Origin: Octopus sinensis
Lineage: Eukaryota
Direction of reading: 5' to 3'
Assembly (NCBI RefSeq): GCF_006345805.1
Contig: NC_043014.1
Coordinates: 30,566,001 to 30,630,000, forward strand
Length of the DNA stretch: 64,000 bases
Below the pieces are notes generated by a model. The model saw only the letters and a list, made by a program, of their open reading frames with translations, had not been told where the DNA came from and searched no databases. Positions within the stretch are counted from its first letter, which is position 1. The number at the start of each line of letters is the position of its first letter. Of the stretch, positions 12,077-25,132 are shown piece after piece. Both the position numbers and the translations under genes were made by a program.

Positions 12077-12702
12077 TATTACCGGGGAAGGCCGGTTTAT
12101 GGGATTACTCTGAGTTTCCCATCCATAAAAGGCTTAACTTTATGGTGTATCGTCAGACCCCAAAATCTGTTAACCTAAGACCTCTTCAAAATATGGAGGG
12201 GGAAAGGCCTCGTTACAAATGTAAATGAGCGGATTATCTCCCTTCGCTATTGGCTATCAACTATTGAGTTCCGGCTGTGCTGCCATCTTGCAGTCTCCAA
12301 AAAGCTACAAAGGTATACAATAGGGGATTATCTCCTGTTGCCATTAGCTATCAACTTCCAGCTGTCGCCATCTTGCGGATTCCAAAACACTAGAAGGAAT
12401 TTCCTAAAATTTGCATCCTTAACTCCAGAACAGAGATTTTCAGGCCATGTTTGCAATCCAGTGGCACCAACACCAGCAGCTCCAGCATCAACAGCAGCAA
12501 CAACAGCCATCCAAGAATTTGGACCTGGAGATCTCAATTTCCAGCGACTTCGAGGGCCACCTCCCAGCGGTATTGGGCATCAATGAAGAGCCCTCGACTA
12601 CAAGACGACAACCAAAATTTTTTTTTTACCAAGGTCTGGGGTCTCCCGCCCCTAAGCCCTAGACCATCACCTAATCACCCTTACCGGTCTTGTTGCTTAA
12701 CA
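12077..12702. mobile_element. Probable solo LTR (Gypsy/BEL-type)
   Basis: GC-richer ~625-bp island starting tattacc (decayed TGTTA) and ending ttaaca; internal direct repeat ggattatctcc...gctatcaact...gccatcttgc twice; no coding remnants. Confidence 0.5.
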
Positions 12703-12706
12703 ACAA

Positions 12707-12738
<32 letters not shown>

Positions 12739-12938
12739 CCATCAGTGACAGCAACAACAACAGCAACAGTAACAGGTGAAGCACCAATATCATGTACCCA
12801 TCAGAAGAATTACAGTGGGATTGCTCACACTAAGTGATCTTTGATGTTTCTCACTACTTGATGTGGTTAGCCATAATCTATACTATATGTGAGAGCTTAT
12901 ACATTACCTGCCTAGGTAATCTATCCTTATGTATACAT

Positions 12939-12963
<25 letters not shown>

Positions 12964-12969
<6 letters not shown>

Positions 12970-13097
12970 TATGACGAGTATATAGGGATGGATTACTCAG
13001 GCAGTACTGTAAGAGCTCTCATGTATAGTCTAGATTACGTGAGAGCTTTAGTAGTACCCACCTGGGTAATCTATGCCTGTATACTCATCATATTATA

Positions 13098-13098
<1 letters not shown>
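12964..13098. repeat. Foldback (hairpin) element in TA microsatellite
   Basis: atataatatgacgagtata/tatactcatcatattatat, gattactcagg/cctgggtaatc and gagctctcatgta/tacgtgagagct pair; partial second copy at ~12875-12940. Confidence 0.75.
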
Positions 13099-13139
<41 letters not shown>

Positions 13140-13543
13140 GTGTGTGTCTGTGTGTGTGTATATACACACACACAGAATAAAATTGTGTGATTTTCCTGAA
13201 ATAAAGGGGGCTGAAATATATAATGCTATAAAAAGAAACTGCATAAATGAATAAAACATGGGAGGAAGAGATGACAAAACTGAGGTTTAAAATAAGTGGA
13301 ACTGAAATAAAACTGGAAAATTTTTTTTTTAAATTAGCTTTTATGATTTGGGATTTAAAAAGTAGTTTGTCCACATTACATGAATGAAATAAATAAAAAA
13401 CGTCATCACAAACACTAATGCTTAACAGTGTTAAAACCTTTTAAAGTGTGATTGCTTTTATCCTGATTTACCATGCAACATAGAAATTATATTTACAGAC
13501 TTGAAATCATGCATGAAACAATCGTAGTAATGGTCTTGTGAAT

Positions 13544-13574
<31 letters not shown>

Positions 13575-13627
13575 ATACACACACAAGTTCATGCATTCAT
13601 TATCACAACACAATGGGGTTTTTTGGA

Positions 13628-13717
13628 GAGGAGGAGGGGGATGAGGAGGGGAGGGGGAGGAGGAGGAGGAGGAGGGGAGGGGGAGGAGGAGGAGGAGAGG
13701 GAGGAGGAGGAGGGGGT
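13628..13717. repeat. (GGA)n polypurine tract
   Basis: Direct reading of the sequence. Confidence 0.9.
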
Positions 13718-14181
13718 AATTTGAAATGTATTGTAAGATATTCATAGCCAACTTGATTTGTTTGATTTACATAACAGAGCATGCATTAACAATGTAGTTT
13801 TTTTTTTCCAGCAGAGTCTTTTAGATAATTTAAAATGAAATACAAAAAGGTGTGACTCTATTTTTTTTTCTTTTCCTTTTTGATAAGCATTCATAACAGT
13901 TTGATAAGTATTTGCTGTGTTAACACCACAGATTTTTATCTCTCTATGGAGAAGAGGATCAATATGTGAGATCAATCTAAGTGGTTTCTAGTCTTCTTAG
14001 ACCTTTATCAGAGAAAGAATATCCATCTTCTGTCCTCAGAGAGATTTATAGTTTATTGCTTAGACAAACTCAAATCACAGCTAAACTTGTCCAACTAAAT
14101 TGGAAAAGAGTACATGCACTGACAATATGGTTAATTAAAATAATTAATAATATACTAGACATTTTTTTTATTGCTATTTCT

Positions 14182-14600
14182 TTTATCTTTTGCTTGTTTC
14201 AGTCACTAGACAACAGCCATGCTGGGGTGCCAATTTGAAAGGTTTAATCAAACAAATTAACCCCAATACTTTTCTTAAGTTTGGTACTTATTCTATCAGA
14301 CTACTTTGACAAACTGCTAGGTTACAGGGACATAAACAAACCAAAACCAGTTGTCAAGTGGCAGTAGAAGAAAAATACAACACAAACACAAAGACACACG
14401 CACGTAGTTACATACATAAATATGTATGTGTACAATGGGCTTTTTCAATTTCCTTCTACCAAATCCACTCACAAGCCTTTGGTTGGCCTGGTTGGGGTTA
14501 CAGTAGATGCTTGCCCAAGGTGCTGTGTAGTAGGACTGAACCCAAGACCATATGGTCAGGAAGCACGTTTCTTAACAACACAACCATACAATGTGCCTGT
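14182..14600 (-). mobile_element. SINE family A, diverged
   Basis: Matches the family A consensus in reverse. Confidence 0.75.
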
Positions 14601-14674
14601 TGATAATTTGAAGTGTAATGTAAGGGGGGAGGGTTGTTTTGGTTTTTTTTTCTTCTTTGATAAATAAACAATTT

Positions 14675-15125
14675 TATTGTTGTATTTCAATTTTTTTTTT
14701 TGGTTTCTTGCCAAATGAAGACACACTATATGTTTTTTTTTCTTCACTTGTTTATTACTGTTCTTATTTTATCATTCTAACTCATGTCCATTGTCTGAAA
14801 ATCTTTCATCATACATCTGTGACCTCTGAAGAATAGAATGTGACCTCTGAAGAACAGAATGGAGTAAGTAAGAACAGAATGGAGTGTGTTTTCTTATAAA
14901 CGAAAACAAAAAGTGTCGTTGAAGAGGTCACAGATGTATGACGAAAGATTTCTGGACAATGGACATGAATTAGAATAATAAAATAGAAACAGTAATAAAC
15001 GAGTGAAGAGAAAAATATATAGTGCATGTGCTCATTTGGGAAAAAAAAAAAAAATGACCATCCCCGAAATACAACAATATCTGTTTCAACACATGATTTC
15101 ACATCAGGAATCTTACAAAACAAAT
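14675..15125. repeat. Two inverted copies of an interspersed repeat (also at ~29040-29215 and ~37160-37360)
   Basis: cttcacttgtttattactgttc...aaatctttcatcatacatctgtgacctc at 14740-14827 and its reverse complement at 14921-15010. Confidence 0.75.
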
Positions 15126-15566
15126 AGATAAACAATTTTAGTTTGGCTGTAGAAACAAAATAAACTAAATGTTAACACTATGGATGTTTATCTCTCTCTA
15201 TAAGCAGAAAAAAATGGGATCAATCTGAATAGTTTCAAGTCTCCTTCCACTTTCACCAAACAAACAGTACCCATATGCTGTACAGAGACGGAGATCAATT
15301 AATCAAACTGTATACGTTATATAAATATCTATACGCTTTTAACCTCTCCATGGACGTAAGATGAGTATTCAAAATGAGAGTGAATGGATATAAATTCCAC
15401 ATTTTCTACACACACAGATATAAAAATTTGTGGTGTGACCAGTTTGTTTGATCTAAACAGCAAGGCTAAAACAATATGTTTATCAACAAAATATACCACA
15501 CAATGCATTTCATATACTCACACACACATAAATATACATATATCCATTGTATATATACATATATGC

Positions 15567-15603
<37 letters not shown>

Positions 15604-15623
15604 TATGTACATACATACATGTA

Positions 15624-15655
<32 letters not shown>

Positions 15656-15659
15656 CACA

Positions 15660-15699
<40 letters not shown>

Positions 15700-16207
15700 T
15701 GCAAGCATGCATGCTCATACATACATGCATCCATCCATACATCCATACATACATACATACATACAGTGAGTATGCCCTTAAGAATAGAATTACTATATGT
15801 TACAATTTAGCTGTATTGCAATGAGTTTTAAGCAATGAATTCAAAATGAATTATCCAAACAGTACTTTGTAAGGAGATGCACATAAGCCAAGAGACTCTT
15901 AAAGCAACTTATGTATGAAAGAAACAAGGTGAACTGATCTTTATATGGATGGTAAGCTTATCTTTATACGATAAGCTTGTCTTTATAAGCTGGTCTGTAT
16001 ATGATAAGCTTGTACAACACCATATAACATAAATACTACATGTTTAAATACAGTTATAATATATAGATACATATATGTATGACAGAGGACATTCAAGAGA
16101 TGTAGGTATGGTGAAGAAGTATTTTAGTAGCACAGCTTGGGAATAAAGACTTGATTGGAAAGCAATAGCATGAGAGAAGGCAAACAAAAAAAAACAACAA
16201 AACTCAC

Positions 16208-16246
16208 ACAATACGTCTGTGGTTATGGTCACATTTATGAGGGTAT
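16208..16246 (-). CDS. Candidate 39-nt internal exon of the AMPD gene
   Basis: ccatcctcttacag|ATACCC...ATTGT|gtgagt; length is a multiple of 3; open in phase 2 (R-YPHKCDHNHRRI-V); unique sequence with upstream T-rich tract. Confidence 0.5.
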
Positions 16247-17959
16247 CTGTAAGAGGATGGAGTTATTAAACAGATAAGAAGTGGATTGAGCAAAAAACAA
16301 CCAAAAATAATCAAAAACAACAAATCAAGAGATGGTTATTAAACACAGCAAACATGAAAATTAGAACAAAAATTAATATGTATGTATGTATGTATATAAT
16401 CTAAACATTATTTGATCCATTTACGAAGGTATGTGAATGATTTAGAAATATTTTTATCGGCAGTGCAGCAACAGGTATTGAACTAGTTTAGAATAAATTT
16501 GGAGTGGCTACCAAAGTATGTATATAGATATATATGTATGTATATATTATAGACAAGTGTGTGTGTGTGTGTGTGTGTGTGCGTGCCTGTATGTATGTAT
16601 GTATACACATGTGGTATTATAATGTTGTTAGTAAAATATCAAAGCAGAGAGTAAACAATAAACATGGCCTCAGAGCATGCACAATTAGATAACATTATTA
16701 ACAAGAGCAGTAATGTGTGTGTGTGTGTGTGTATGGATGGTTATGTATGCATGTTAAAATTTATGCAAATAGCCACAGCGGTAGCAACTACAACAACAAC
16801 AGTAACAACATGAGATTTGAATATCCAGAATCATTTACATGAAGATTTGATAGATTCAAATTAAAGCCTCATTAAAAACATCATTTCATTAAATTTATCA
16901 TCGTAATCCATTTAAAAACAACATTATGATTATCATCAAAACAGACATCATCATTATCATCATCAAAATCACCAGCATTGTTTCCAAGCTCATATTTTTT
17001 ATGCATATGGATTAGATGGAAACAATTGATCCTGAATTAATAGAGCCACAATCTATTGTGTTAATTCTTATGGTAACACATTTATTTACTAGATATTTAA
17101 ATCTATAAACACTGCATAACAGAACAGAACCACAATGAACCAACAAAACAAAAATATATTTAAACAATAAACAATTCAACAATCAAAAAAGCAATTAGTA
17201 TCTGAACATGTAAATGTAAGTTTTTTTCAAATTTTAATTTATTCAGAGAAAGATGGGGGAGGGCAGAACCCATAAGTTTCACAGACCCTCCCAAAGAAAG
17301 ATGTGGGAGATGAGGGAAGCGTTCATAAACTTTGCAGGGTCTTTCAAATAAAGAAGTGGTGGGAGAGAGGTAATACTCATGAACTGAGCAGGTCCTCCCA
17401 GAGAAGGATGGAGCGGTGAAGTACTAAACATAACAGGTTGTTTCAAATTGATGTGGTCAATATGGTTTATTTTCAGCTCAAACTTCTCTAGGTTGATTTC
17501 TGTATGGGAAACAAGAACAGACATTTTTGGAAGAAAATTTGTGGAAAGAGTTTTTGTACAGGTTTTGTGAGCGTGAGATTCAATAGAGATGACAAGAGGA
17601 AATAAGTTTGGTGTATCAGTATCAGACAGATTTGCAGCTGGTCAGCTGCCATTGTTTCAAAATTTGCAATTACAATTACAAAGCCTCTTCTTGAGATCAA
17701 GAATGATTGGCCGGCACAGACTGAAAAATACTAATATTGCATAAACAACTCACTGAAAAATACTAATAAAATAGACCCTTGTTAAACCATACTCTGTTAT
17801 TCTAGTTATTAGATAAACCATACAATGTCTGAATTAAAAGGGTGATTGTCAGTGTGGATTTTCATAGCCATCTTTGAGTACCAGAGTTATAGGAGGCCTT
17901 ATTCTGAGTGTGCTTGCTGAATACTGTACACCACCAAAGATGGTAAATCCTTTCTCCTA

Positions 17960-18140
17960 TAGACACAAGACTTGAAATTTTGGATGGACAGAGTAAGTTG
18001 ATTACATTAACCCCAGCACTCGCCTGGTACTTATTTCATTGACCCTGAAAGTATGAATGACAAAGTCAACCTCAGTGGCATTTGAACACGGAACTAAGCA
18101 TTTTGTCCAGCAAGCTAATGATTCAACCAGCTAACTGCCT
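17960..18140 (-). mobile_element. SINE family D, diverged
   Basis: ggtacttatttcattgaccctgaaag..atgaatgacaaagtcaacctc central domain in reverse. Confidence 0.7.
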
Positions 18141-19049
18141 TATAATCAAAGATCATAATGGGAACTAATTTTTCTGTTCCATGTTTTAAAATATTGCAGC
18201 AGTTGTTCTGGGATAGCACTGCACACCTCACAACTGAATGCATTCTGATTTATAATAGGTAAATGGCAAAGTAATTGCAAAGTGACAAAAATAAAACTGA
18301 AGATGAATAACATTTTACCAATTCACATCCTACTTTGCAGTCCTTTCATCCACTTCTCTAAGAAATAGATTTTCTTTGTAGCACTCTGCACTTCCCTCTA
18401 ACTAGTGAGCCTCCTAACACAACTACTCTTTGAATTCATTTGTCCTTCCTCTTTGTGTGCTTCTATCTACACCATTGCTTCAAGGGAGAATAATAATCCA
18501 AAGAAGCATGTAGCCCTTTCTGTGAACTAGAAATAACTACAGGCTGATGTTTCAATGGTGAGCATCTATGAAAGGTATGATGTTAATAAGCAAGCAGTTT
18601 CAGAATAACAACAAACCCACTGTACATTCTTTGAAATGAATGCGGATGCAAATTCTAAAGCATTGTCTATTGGAGCAAGGAAGTATACAATAGTTACAGA
18701 AGATACAAATCTTAAGGAGGCAGTGAAGTAGTAGTTTATCCATCAGTGAAGCTGTAGTAACAACACCCATGATATAGAAACCTGAAGTACTGTTGCCAAG
18801 ATAGCAAGATATACAGGCATATAGAAATAGGAAGTTACAGATAGTTGACTGAGGTAATTTAGAAAATGCCAAGGAATGAGGAAGAAAACTAACCATGATG
18901 AAGCAGGCAGCACACCATTCAGGAAGTGGTTACAGTAAGTGTGAATGGTTCCTAATTTCCCAAGTGTATTATGAGGTTGTATTGATAGCAATTATCTTGA
19001 AATACCCAAAATTTTAAGAATGAAGTCACTATATCTGGCAGTAAATTCA

Positions 19050-19285
19050 TTACCCCTTTAATATTCAGATTATCTTATCAAATATAATGTTTATTTATTT
19101 ACAGTATTTTGCATTAATCCTGCATTAGCTCACAGCTTTGAGATTTCAGTGATGAGACAAATAATATATTTTTGTAATGACATTCTAGTGTAGGCATGAG
19201 AGGTCAGTACCAGCCAGTTTGAACATAAATAAGACAAGTAGAATGTTTGAGCCAGATATGGCTGATTTAAAAGCTAAATAGTTAA
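19050..19285 (+). mobile_element. piggyBac-type MITE family B, diverged
   Basis: Similar to the 3962-4178 copy. Confidence 0.7.
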
Positions 19286-19899
19286 GGGATATTTTTCATT
19301 GTATTGTGTGAAAGCAGACAGTGAGCACTTTTTGAGAGGTCAGCACAGCTGTGTGTTTTCAAACACATAATGTACCTACTACCAGTACATTGTTACCATT
19401 CCAAGAAATGTGATTCAAGATGCTTAACTTTAATGACTGGTTTTCTTTGCAGTTTTTTCCTGCAATGTGTAAATAACAAAACAAAGAAAAACATACTCAA
19501 AATTTTCTGTTGATGAAATGAAGGTGTTACTAATTTTGGACAACATGCTTAATAAAATAAATTGGCACTTGTTCTTGCCTTTGAAGGTAACTCCATAATC
19601 TAACCAATGGATGAAGTTATAATTGTAAGAGATTATACCAATGAAGATATTTCAATGAGGTTTGTGTGGTGATAGAAAAGGATGAGCTTAAGAAAGATAC
19701 ACAAGGACAAATAACTCTCAGTAACATCAAAACTACAGCCTCAAGTCTGCAATACTGAACTTAGCAGCTTCAAGGAAGGCAGTGAAGACAACTAGTATAG
19801 GTAATACTCTAAGAAAATGAGGACAAGCAATTACATATCTCGTGGTTGCTGTTGCTTTTTTTTTTGAGTGCTTTTCTTTTTTCCAATATGGATATGACA

Positions 19900-20330
19900 A
19901 ATCCATTTGGTGAGTAAATAAGCTACTTTAGACAGTTTATAGTTGAAAATTCTTCAGAAAATATCAATGGAAGTATCATCAGTTCTGATCATTTATAAAT
20001 ACTGCAAAAGGTTGCAACAGAATGTTATACTTCTCTGACACAAAGATTGCATTTTCTGATGCTATTAATATAAGGGGCCACGTGTTCTATGATGGACTGA
20101 TCAATTTTTTTGCAATTACTAAGATCGTCATTCTTTAAATTCCAGATACATTCAGGGAATGATGTAGAGAGGTGTCTTTCTGAGAGTCTGAATATATACA
20201 AATGTTGCAAGAATTTTTTAAAAAGTAATTTTCAGTAAGCCCTAAATAACATTTTGTTGCATTGTCAACTGCAAGAGATTTCAGCTCAATAAACTAATGC
20301 TTCAGAAAGACTTGTCACTGAGAATTACAA
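19900..20330 (-). mobile_element. Penelope-like element remnant (GIY-YIG endonuclease C-terminus)
   Basis: Peptides YLGLTEN, STSFPECIWNLK, SIIEHVAPYINSIRKCNLCVRE resemble the PLE endonuclease pattern 'YIG.TE...LS.YIW.LK...W.I...A.PY....CNLC..E'. Confidence 0.7.
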
Positions 20331-20654
20331 TTAGATGCACACACATACATATAGATACTGGCATATATGCACACATATAACCTGTCACCTGCATTAACAT
20401 ATATAAAGATATATGCACAAACACTTGTATACACATGCATGCACACACATATATCACAGTTTATCAATTTAACATCTACTTTTTCATGCTAGCATGGGTC
20501 AGATGAAATTTGTTGGTGCAGATTTCTTACAGCTAGATGCTTTCCTGTTGCCAACACTCATCTGTTTCCAAGCAAAGTAATATTTCTCTATGGCTGGACA
20601 TGTTTCTCCAGGAGACTGTGTGAGGTCAAGACAAAGGGATACAAATACACACAT

Positions 20655-20918
20655 ACACATTTGCACACCACAACAGAATGGAGATCCTAAAACCAAAGTG
20701 TCACATAAAAAGCATTGGTGGGGGTGCTGGTGCTATGTAAAAAAACACTATGTAAAAGCACTATATAAAAACCATTAGGAACAGCATCCAACCATAGAAA
20801 CCAAGCCAAAACAGACTATGGAAACAGGTATGGCCCCTAGCCTTGCCAGTTCCTGTCAAGCCATCCAACCCATGCAAGCATGGAAAATGGACAAAATATG
20901 CTGATGATGATGATGATT
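20655..20918 (+). mobile_element. RTE LINE 3' end fragment
   Basis: taaaaagca motifs, gcatccaaccatagaaacc, ccaacccatgcaagcatggaaaatggac, (GAT)n tail. Confidence 0.75.
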
Positions 20919-21395
20919 GATGATATACACACACAACACATGACAAGCTTCTTTCAATTTCCATCTGCCAAATCAATTCATAAGGCTTTAGTTAGCCCAG
21001 GGCTATAGTAGAAGACACTAACCCAAGGTGCCATGCTGTGAGACTGAACCTGAAATTACATAACTGCGAAGTGAACTTCTTAACCATACAGCTATGCTTG
21101 TGCTTATCACCATCATCCACATCATCAGTTTAATGTTCACCTTTACATGTTTTCACTTTATTCAATTCTAATACGGCTTCAGCAGCCATTTCTAACAACC
21201 ATTCATCCTGCATCAAATCAGTGCATCAGCTCATGTAATACCATGTAATAACTGCTCTCTTCTTCCTTTGGTTAGTCCAGGGCTATATCCAGAAGACAAT
21301 TACCCAAAGTGCTATGCTGTGGGACTGAATCTGAAATAAAATTCAGCCTTTCCAGGTTTTCGACTATATACTAAATGAACAGCAAATGTAAACTA

Positions 21396-21795
21396 GGATC
21401 TTTTCGGTTTGAACGGCAGTTTTTTCTAGCGGTGTCATGACATTGTCACCCATAATTATGACCCTAGTATCGATCTATTACATTTCAATCAGTTTTAGGG
21501 TTAGGGGTGGGGGGAAGGTATCTTTTTTTGTTCAGAAATGTAAATAAACCCAATCTGTTTCTTAAACGAGGGACATATTCATACAGCACAGAATGTTTTT
21601 TTAACTCAATAGGCGTATATGATTGGTTGAAATTGCAGAAAAAGAACAACAAATATCTTACAAACTATAGAATTTTCTCAATATAGCCAAGAGAAAAAGA
21701 TGTTTTATAAACACATTCTACCAGTATACGAAGTTTAAAATTTTTTAGTTACCTACAAATTATGTTAAAAACTGCCGTTCAAACCAAAAAGATCC
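21396..21795. mobile_element. 400-bp MITE with 29-bp TIR and 8-bp TSD (Merlin-like)
   Basis: TIR ggatcttttcggtttgaacggcagttttt / aaaaactgccgttcaaaccaaaaagatcc; flanks gtaaacta and gtgaacta. Confidence 0.85.
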
Positions 21796-22566
21796 GTGAA
21801 CTATATTATATACACTTCACCAGTGGTTATTCAATGTTTCCCTTATTATCAAACATTTAATGCTGTCAACTCGCTGTCTCGTCATTTCAACTAGCACCAA
21901 CTATAAATTCCTTTCTACATTAAATTTGTCTAACAAATTCACTTGATGCATGCATATATCTACATAATTAATATAGCAAATACATACAGCTGGATCATAC
22001 ACACAGTTTATACATAACAGATATGGCAGATACATTTATACACATACACTGTCTCATATATACAAACACAAACTTACACACACACACATATGTACACAAA
22101 CACACTTTTTTCCACATTTCACAGCTGTGTCCTTTTTCCAATCTTATCAATGATTGGACAGATTGTTTACATGTCTGTTTAACACCTGGCTACCCTATTT
22201 TAATGCTGACAGCTGAACCATGACCTGTGAATAATAGAGAGAGGTGGGGGGTCATTTAGGTTAGCTGTATTGTTTAAGATAGAGGCAGTGAAGATCTCTC
22301 AGCATTCAGCTGCTGTGCTTCATAACCTTTCTCAAAACATAATTGACTGGTATTATATAAATGTAGCTATTGAAAAACCTAACAGATGCATTACACCAAA
22401 TTTAATACTGTAAATCATACAATTCAATTGACAAATGATAGAACAAATGAATTTATAGAAATCCCCACTTCATAAGAACTCCATCTTTTTGTGACACCAT
22501 GCCAAAGAAACGTTTATTAAAATTCAATTTTATTAGATTACTGAACAAAAATTAAATTTCCCCATA

Positions 22567-22598
<32 letters not shown>

Positions 22599-22685
22599 AA
22601 TGTTTATTTTTTATATTCAGTTATAATAAAAACAATTTTGCATTACTCTGATGGCTTACTCTATACTTTTGTAGAGTACAAATTT

Positions 22686-22821
22686 ATTATTCTTATACAA
22701 GTAAGCCATAGACAGTGACTTCGAAGTTTCAGCTAGCTAAACTATTGCTGGACAGTCCAATGATGGCTTAGCTGTGCAAAACTTCAAAGTCACTGTCAAC
22801 AATATTCTTGTATAAGAATAA
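22686..22821. repeat. Imperfect hairpin, ~135 bp
   Basis: ttattcttatacaag/cttgtataagaataa and gacagtgacttcgaagtt/aacttcaaagtcactgtc pair. Confidence 0.8.
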
Positions 22822-24309
22822 CAGATAAATAAATAAATGTGTGTGTGTGTATGGTTGTGTTGGACTTACAGAAGAAAAGTATTTAAAGCTTCTTTAAGAA
22901 ATATAATACAACCATTTCAACTGGTTATGTTACAAATAACTTCATAACCCTGGCCTCTAGTACAAACAAGACACCATAATATTTAGCAGCACAATAGAAG
23001 CAGATGTAACGTTATGTGTATCATAGTCTTTGTGATGAAAAAAAAACTGAGTAGACAATAGAGGGAGAGAGAGAGAAAAGGGAGAACAGAGTGGAAAGGG
23101 GTAGAATTTAGTAATAATACTCTATATGATGAACAAGTTTTTTTTTTGTCTGTTTGTTTGCTCTCAAACTACATTTGAAAAATAATGTAAAATTACAAAC
23201 TTCCTTTCATTTCATAGTCTAGAAAAGATATTAATAATGAAAGGCACTATCTTTTTATCACTTGTCTTTCACTTGTTTCATTCATTACTGTAGCCAAGCT
23301 GTAGTACTGCCTTGAAGGGTGTAGTCAAACTGGCCCTAGTACTTATTTTTGAAGCCTGCTACTTAGTTTATCAGTCTCTTTTTACTGAACCACTAAGTTA
23401 CAAGGGAATGAAAACAATCCAACACCAGTTGTCAAGTGGTAGTGTGGGACAAACACAAACACACACACAAAGAACTGTCATATTAAGTATATTGTGGTGA
23501 ATAAGGATCAGGACTTCTAAAGAAAATTTCCAGAGACAGATTTTCCAGGAGGCTTTATCATTCATCCGGTTAACACAATAGAATAGAGCTTTACAGAAGG
23601 CTTATATGAAAGAATTTACTTTAAAATTCCAAATTCTCAAAATGCCACAAACCCACTCACTTTGAATAACGAATTTACATTGCAGGCAGCCAGAAAAATT
23701 ATGTTATTAACTGTTTGTTATCCAACCTCTGTACATACACCTATGCAAATATACTTCTGGTACATATCTTGTACAACTAACCTGTTTATGTGTGCATACA
23801 CAAGTCGTTGTTGCCGTCATCATTACCATTGATGTCATCATTATATTCACCACTGAAGTAGTGGTTGTCATTATCATTGTAATCATCATCATCATCATCA
23901 TCATCAATATTCCATGTTGGCATGAGTTGGACTGCTGGTATGGTATATGTGTAATTATTTTACAGTCAGAAGATCTCAAATTTGACTATATTTGGCCAAG
24001 TGTCTTCTATCATAACTTTCATCCAACCCATGGCCTGTGTGTGAAATTAGGTTGAGTAAAACAATGTAGTATTCAGTGATAACATCCTTCACTCCAGACT
24101 TTCCTTCATCCGCTCATTTCAGATGTGATCTCTCAAGGAGATTCCCAGTATTGACTTTACCATGGCTCTTTGCACCATTACCTAATACGTACCTAACATC
24201 AATACAACAATGACAACAGCTACATACTGAATTGTAATACTAGAATAAGGAAATGTGCTTCAAGAGGACACAATGAATTTTCCCTGCATATATATATATA
24301 TATATATAT

Positions 24310-24540
24310 AAAAACTGCCTTTGGTCATGAATGAACCACCAACATTATCCAAGGGAAAGGCAAAAGCCGATACATTTTGGCACCAGTGACATCGCAATTC
24401 ATTTCAACAAGCAGAGTGAACTGGAGCAACATGAAATAAAGTGTCTTGCTCAAGAACATAACACATAGCCCAGTCTGGGAATTGAACTCACTATCTCATG
24501 ATTGCAAGCCCAATGCTCTAACCACTGAGCCATGCGCCTT
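24310..24540 (-). mobile_element. tRNA-derived CORE-type SINE (family F)
   Basis: ggcgcatggctcagtggttagagc A-box, gagttcaattccc B-box, cttgagcaagacact core; related copies at ~44815-45095(+) and ~47920-48150(-). Confidence 0.75.
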
Positions 24541-24550
24541 TTCTTTTCCT

Positions 24551-24591
<41 letters not shown>

Positions 24592-24594
24592 AAT

Positions 24595-25077
24595 ATGCAA
24601 AAAGGGATATACTTCATGAACTCCTCTGCAAGTTCTCTAAATGTTATATTTTGAGTTTTCTTTGATTTTAGCCTTCAAAATATCTTCATCCAATTTTTAA
24701 TGTCTTCTACTGCGACTGTCATCTTCCAAGCTAAACTCTCCAGCTTTAAATTTTGCAAATCACCTTCAAACAGTTGATTCAGCTACAGCATCATCACCAT
24801 AAACTTTGCAAATGTTTTTGGAAGTCTTTGCAGCATTTTCTTCTTTTTTAAAAAAGAATAGTATTACAACGCAAATATGAAATTTTTGGTTATCCATTTC
24901 AAATGCCAATAAAGGATAATCAAAATGAAAGATAAATCTATTTTTAATCAGGAATGAAGAAGAGATGCACTACCACTTCAACTAAGCCAAAGTTTTAACT
25001 GTGTTACATTTCAGGAGTGAGTGTTCAATGAAGTGTTAAAAGATTTAGCTTAAAAACACTCAGATTTTCCAGACAAC

Positions 25078-25083
<6 letters not shown>
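24595..25083 (-). mobile_element. Mariner 5' remnant (TIR plus HTH region)
   Basis: TIR tattaggttgtctggaaa; MDNQKFHICVVILFFFKKEENAAKTSKNICKVYGDDAVAESTV*R*FAKFKAGEFSLEDDSRS. Confidence 0.88.

Positions 25084-25132
<49 letters not shown>

Noticed and set aside
12328-12837. Gln/Thr/Ala-rich ORFs
   Set aside because: They arise from CAG/CAA repeats in and next to the LTR-like island; no splice or homology support.
18300-19010. Possible very old LINE remnants (also ~33010-33270 and ~54370-54650)
   Set aside because: Too degenerate to assign a family by eye.
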